Assembly: GCA_003990765.1 (NCBI GenBank)
Contig: RBNJ01000170.1
Coordinates: 1 to 38,097 of the forward strand
Direction: 5' to 3'
DNA length: 38,097 nucleotides
Source of the DNA: Jimgerdemannia flammicorona
Taxonomy: Eukaryota
Shown: in pieces, positions 34,779-38,097 of the stretch
How positions within the stretch are numbered: position 1 is the stretch's first letter
Layout of the letters: every line of letters starts with the position of its first letter
Translations under genes and position numbers: made by a program
The notes under the pieces: model-generated
The model's input: only the letters and a program-made list of their open reading frames with translations
Databases searched by the model: none
Told to the model about the DNA's origin: nothing

Positions 34779-36733
34779 CTACAAATCTGCATTCAACTCC
34801 TCCTATACCAAGTCCAAGTTGTGTTTAGTGGCTAGTTCCTTTTCTTCAGCTGTCTTTGCCTTCAGCCCGACCAGAAGTTCAGCCATCTCTCCATTCTCTT
34901 TTTCCTCGAAGTCCTTATGATACTTCAGACATACCTCCTGCCAGAGTTGCAAACCATGATGCTCTGCCCAACAATAAGCAGCCTGCTCACCAGCAACAAC
35001 CACCAGCTCAGCCTCTCTCTCCTTATCAATCTCATAACCCTCTTCCTTCAGTAAGATCACCAGTACCTCTGTCTTCAGTGCCTCTACCATCCCATCTCCA
35101 TGTAGAATCCTCACTCAATACTCCTCACTTATCACTCACAAGTCCACTTCTCCCAACTCCTCAGCTGCGAAGTTATTCATCATCTTGCTCATCCACAGCA
35201 GATTTCTCACCTTCTTCCCTCTAGGCATCTCTGGCCTTCCTGTATCCAGTATTGTGGTATCTGTAGTCTCATCCCACCCCTTCTCTGGGACATCCACCAG
35301 CTCATCCTCACCAACTGCCATCACCTTTCTACTCTTCATCATATCAGGAACCCCAAAGTGCACCCTTTGAGTGCCCCACATCAGCACATCTTCTACTGCC
35401 CACCCCCTCGCAGCTGGACCTCACCTGACCAGAGGGAGAGTATTGCCCAAGACTGGTTCCCAGACCTCGAACATACCATCAGCATATGGATCCTTGTGCA
35501 GTACCTTCCCAGCCCCTCCCAGGCCCTCCTCTATATCTCCTCCTCCCTTACTGGCCCAGATACTTGCCTCCACACTCTCAGACTTTTCAGTGCCCTCAGC
35601 CTTCATCTTTTCTCCTCTATTTATGCTTGCCAGTAGCTCTCTCTGTCTCTTGTACTCCTGAGCCCTCTCTCACTGCCTCTTGGCAGTGCATATATATTTC
35701 TCATTAACAATCTTTAGATGTATTACCTCTACATACAACTTTCAGGTCTTTGCTCTCTGCTCAACAGCATTACTCAACTCCTCTAGAGCCTCCAACAAGT
35801 CCTCCTCCTCCTTCTCACTCTCTTTCACCCTCGATATCTTACAGACAAAAGCCCCCCACATCATCACTGAAGGCCAGTCACTAGTCTTCCCCATGGCCTC
35901 CCTCCCAGCCAGTCTAATCCTGATACATATCTATATCTTCCATCCTGAAGGTAGTTCCCTCTCACATCTGGAAACTGATATTGACCACATCACCATACTC
36001 TGCCATCACCTCCTCCACCCTTCTCTTAGTCTCATCCTTCATCACCATAAGCACCCTCTTTACCAGTAACTACACCATCCTGGGGTCTCATCTCAAGCAC
36101 CATACTATAGGGACCACTATCTCTCTTACTGCCACTCCAGACCTCAAAGTCTCCTCCAATAGGCCTGCCTCCTCGAAGCCCACCTCCACTCTCTTCAACC
36201 CCTTCAGGAACTTCACTGAGACTGCTCCAGCCACCTACTCTGATATAAGCCCCAGAACCATTCTGCCATCACTGCCAAGCCCCTGAAGCACAAGGTTACA
36301 GCAAACTCTAAAATCAACTTCTTGAGTAATGGTGCCACCACTAGCCCCATCACATCATCAGCCAGGTTCCCCTTCTGCTTTAGGTCCATCTGCCCAGCCC
36401 CCCCATCAACAGTCACATCTGGATTTTTTTCCAGATTCTCAGTTATGCCTCCATCAGCAGTCCCACCACTACTTCCAGTAGCTACTCCATTAGCTCTATC
36501 TCTCACCAGCTGAGGTCCAGTACCTTCAGCTTCCCCAACCTTCTGCTTCCCCTTCCCTTCTGCCTGCCCACTCTGTATTCCCACCAGCCAACCTCTAGCC
36601 TGCAGCATGTCCACAAAGCTCCTCCCCTTCTGCCCTCTGGTCTCACCACCAGTGCTGCTTCTACTGTCTGAGCTGCCCTACCCACTCAGACCACCAAAAG
36701 ACCCCATCCCAAGCCCATATCCTTGTATAACAT
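34779..36733 (-). pseudogene. LINE B ORF1
   Basis: Homologous to LINE A ORF1 (LEKNPDV, LADDVMGLVVAPLLK, DWPSVMMWG, conserved C-terminal block). Confidence 0.8.
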
Positions 36734-36960
36734 ATTGCTAGTTGAAGGCCCCAGGTCCACCTGACCTAGTACACACATCTGCTTGCTTGCTAGTTGCCAT
36801 TGCCTTAGTACCTTTCTCCAATAAATGACTTGAAAGTGTGTTGTAAAAGTGTGTGTAACGTGAATTGTACAACTCTAATACCTTATAATGGTCTTCTTAA
36901 TGACAATCTCCTTCTTTGCTGAAATTTTATCTATCTATATTAGAGTATAAATATAGTAAT

Positions 36961-37125
36961 ATCAACTAAGTACAGAAACCAACTAAGTGTAGAATGGGGA
37001 TACTGACTGAGTACAGAATGATGATGCCAACTAAGTGCAGAACCTGACTAAGTATAGAACCCAACTAAGTGAAGAATCTAACTAATCACAGAATGATGAT
37101 ACCAACTAAGCACAGAATGATGATC
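36961..37125. repeat. Array of CCAACTAAGTGCAGAA-type 16-22-bp units; probable terminus of a DNA transposon
   Basis: About eight imperfect copies ending ...GAATGATGATC exactly where CpG depletion stops. Confidence 0.7.
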
Positions 37126-37136
37126 AACAAGCCGAC

Positions 37137-37712
37137 GGCTCACTCTCAAAACCAAACCAGCGACGCCTAAAACGGAGGGCATACCTGTGTCATCGCGGAA
37201 GGCAAGAATTTAAATTCAATTAGATTCCCTCCTCAAACAATGAATGCCCCTCACCACAAACGGTCCCACTGGTGAATGCTAGCATTTCTGCAATTTCTGC
37301 GGCCATTGTGCCAAAGCATTTTGTCATTCTCACGGCTTCTGTAAATGATCTGCGGACTTTAACTGGGCTGATGCAGCACTAAAAATCCTGATTTTGCTGT
37401 ACATGGGCTGCAGACAATGTTTATTTATTTACAATGAACACTGATGCGGCGAGAAAGTGGTCATGATATAGCCACACACGTCAACTGAGTGTCATCGGCA
37501 TTGACAAGTGCCTTTGCTGAAAACAGACACGAAATATAACCCATCAAATAAAATGAAAATAAAAACTAACTCCCTTACTTTCGCACATCCTTCGTCCACC
37601 GAACGTACGGTTCACTCTCAAATCAAACCAGCGATGCAATAAACGGAGAGCATACCTGTGTTATCGCGGAAGGCAAGAATTTAAATTCCTTCCTCAAAAA
37701 GATGAATGCCCA
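37137..37712. repeat. ~105-bp direct repeat (37137-37250 / 37609-37712) in CpG-containing DNA
   Basis: Shared CACTCTCAAA..CAAACCAGCGA..GCATACCTGTGTYATCGCGGAAGGCAAGAATTTAAATTC. Confidence 0.9.
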
Positions 37713-38097
37713 CATAGTACCGTAGCATATATTGTGGCACTCAAAAATATTCGTTCGTCCAGCGGTACTTTATGTTCTGCATTATCCTGCTCATTTCATT
37801 TACCCGGGCCTAAGCTCTTTTAATGCCTGCATCAGTAACTATAGATCGTCGTTTAGCTCACTATTGCCGTCAAGTGCAAGCTTCTTTTGAGGCCTCCTGT
37901 TTGACCATCATCTCGCCTGCACAGAGGAAAGTTTATTTGCCATCTCCGCAGGTGCTTCTCTTGTCGTTGTCACCACACCTTTACGACGTCTCTGCGTCAC
38001 TACATCAATTTCGCACTTTTTATTATTATTTTTTATTTTCCCACACTTCTCTATCTGTTGTGGAACTTTTCACGCCATTTAATGCCCTTTTTTTTTT

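Larger units (their letters stand above)
31260..36865 (-). mobile_element. Decayed L1/Tx1-type LINE B, 3'-truncated
   Basis: ORF1 and ORF2 homologous to LINE A; ends inside the C-terminal Cys-rich region with no tail. Confidence 0.93.

Noticed and set aside
36961..37125. Spaced short repeats resembling a CRISPR array (also 24405-24750)
   Set aside because: Repeats are degenerate, spacers are 0-7 bp or themselves repeated, there are no cas genes, and the context is eukaryotic.
37340..37495. ATGAT/CTGA words suggesting box C/D snoRNAs
   Set aside because: No canonical RTGATGA box C with a terminal stem, and no recognisable rRNA guide.

Overview
Eukaryotic, probably fungal, transposon nest. 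From 1 to about 37125 CpG is almost absent and every recognisable reading frame is decayed; ordinary CpG-containing DNA starts abruptly after 37125. Left to right: (1) an L1/Tx1-type LINE on the minus strand, running off the left edge; (2) a dUTPase-bearing Ty3/gypsy LTR element (~5375-16213, minus) whose integrase is split by a 5'-truncated poly(A) retroposon with an 18-bp TSD and a 9-bp minisatellite inside; (3) an unclassified ~3.65-kb unit with direct and tail-to-tail inverted repeats around a decayed coiled-coil ORF with no RT (16214-20488); (4) a second dUTPase-bearing gypsy (20489-31259, minus) containing a complete hAT transposon (21360-25822; TIRs, 8-bp TSD, six-intron transposase); (5) a second related LINE (31260-36865); (6) a repeat-rich transposon-like terminus at 37125. 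The best candidates for undescribed biology are the hAT passenger gene (a cluster of SUMO-interacting-like motifs plus a Cys-rich tail, preceded by a motif array), a homologous extra ORF3 after integrase in both gypsy elements, the RT-less Penelope-like repeat architecture, and CpA as well as CpG hypermutation that stops sharply at the nest edge. All translations and alignments were done by eye; no searches were run, and internal ORF boundaries are approximate.
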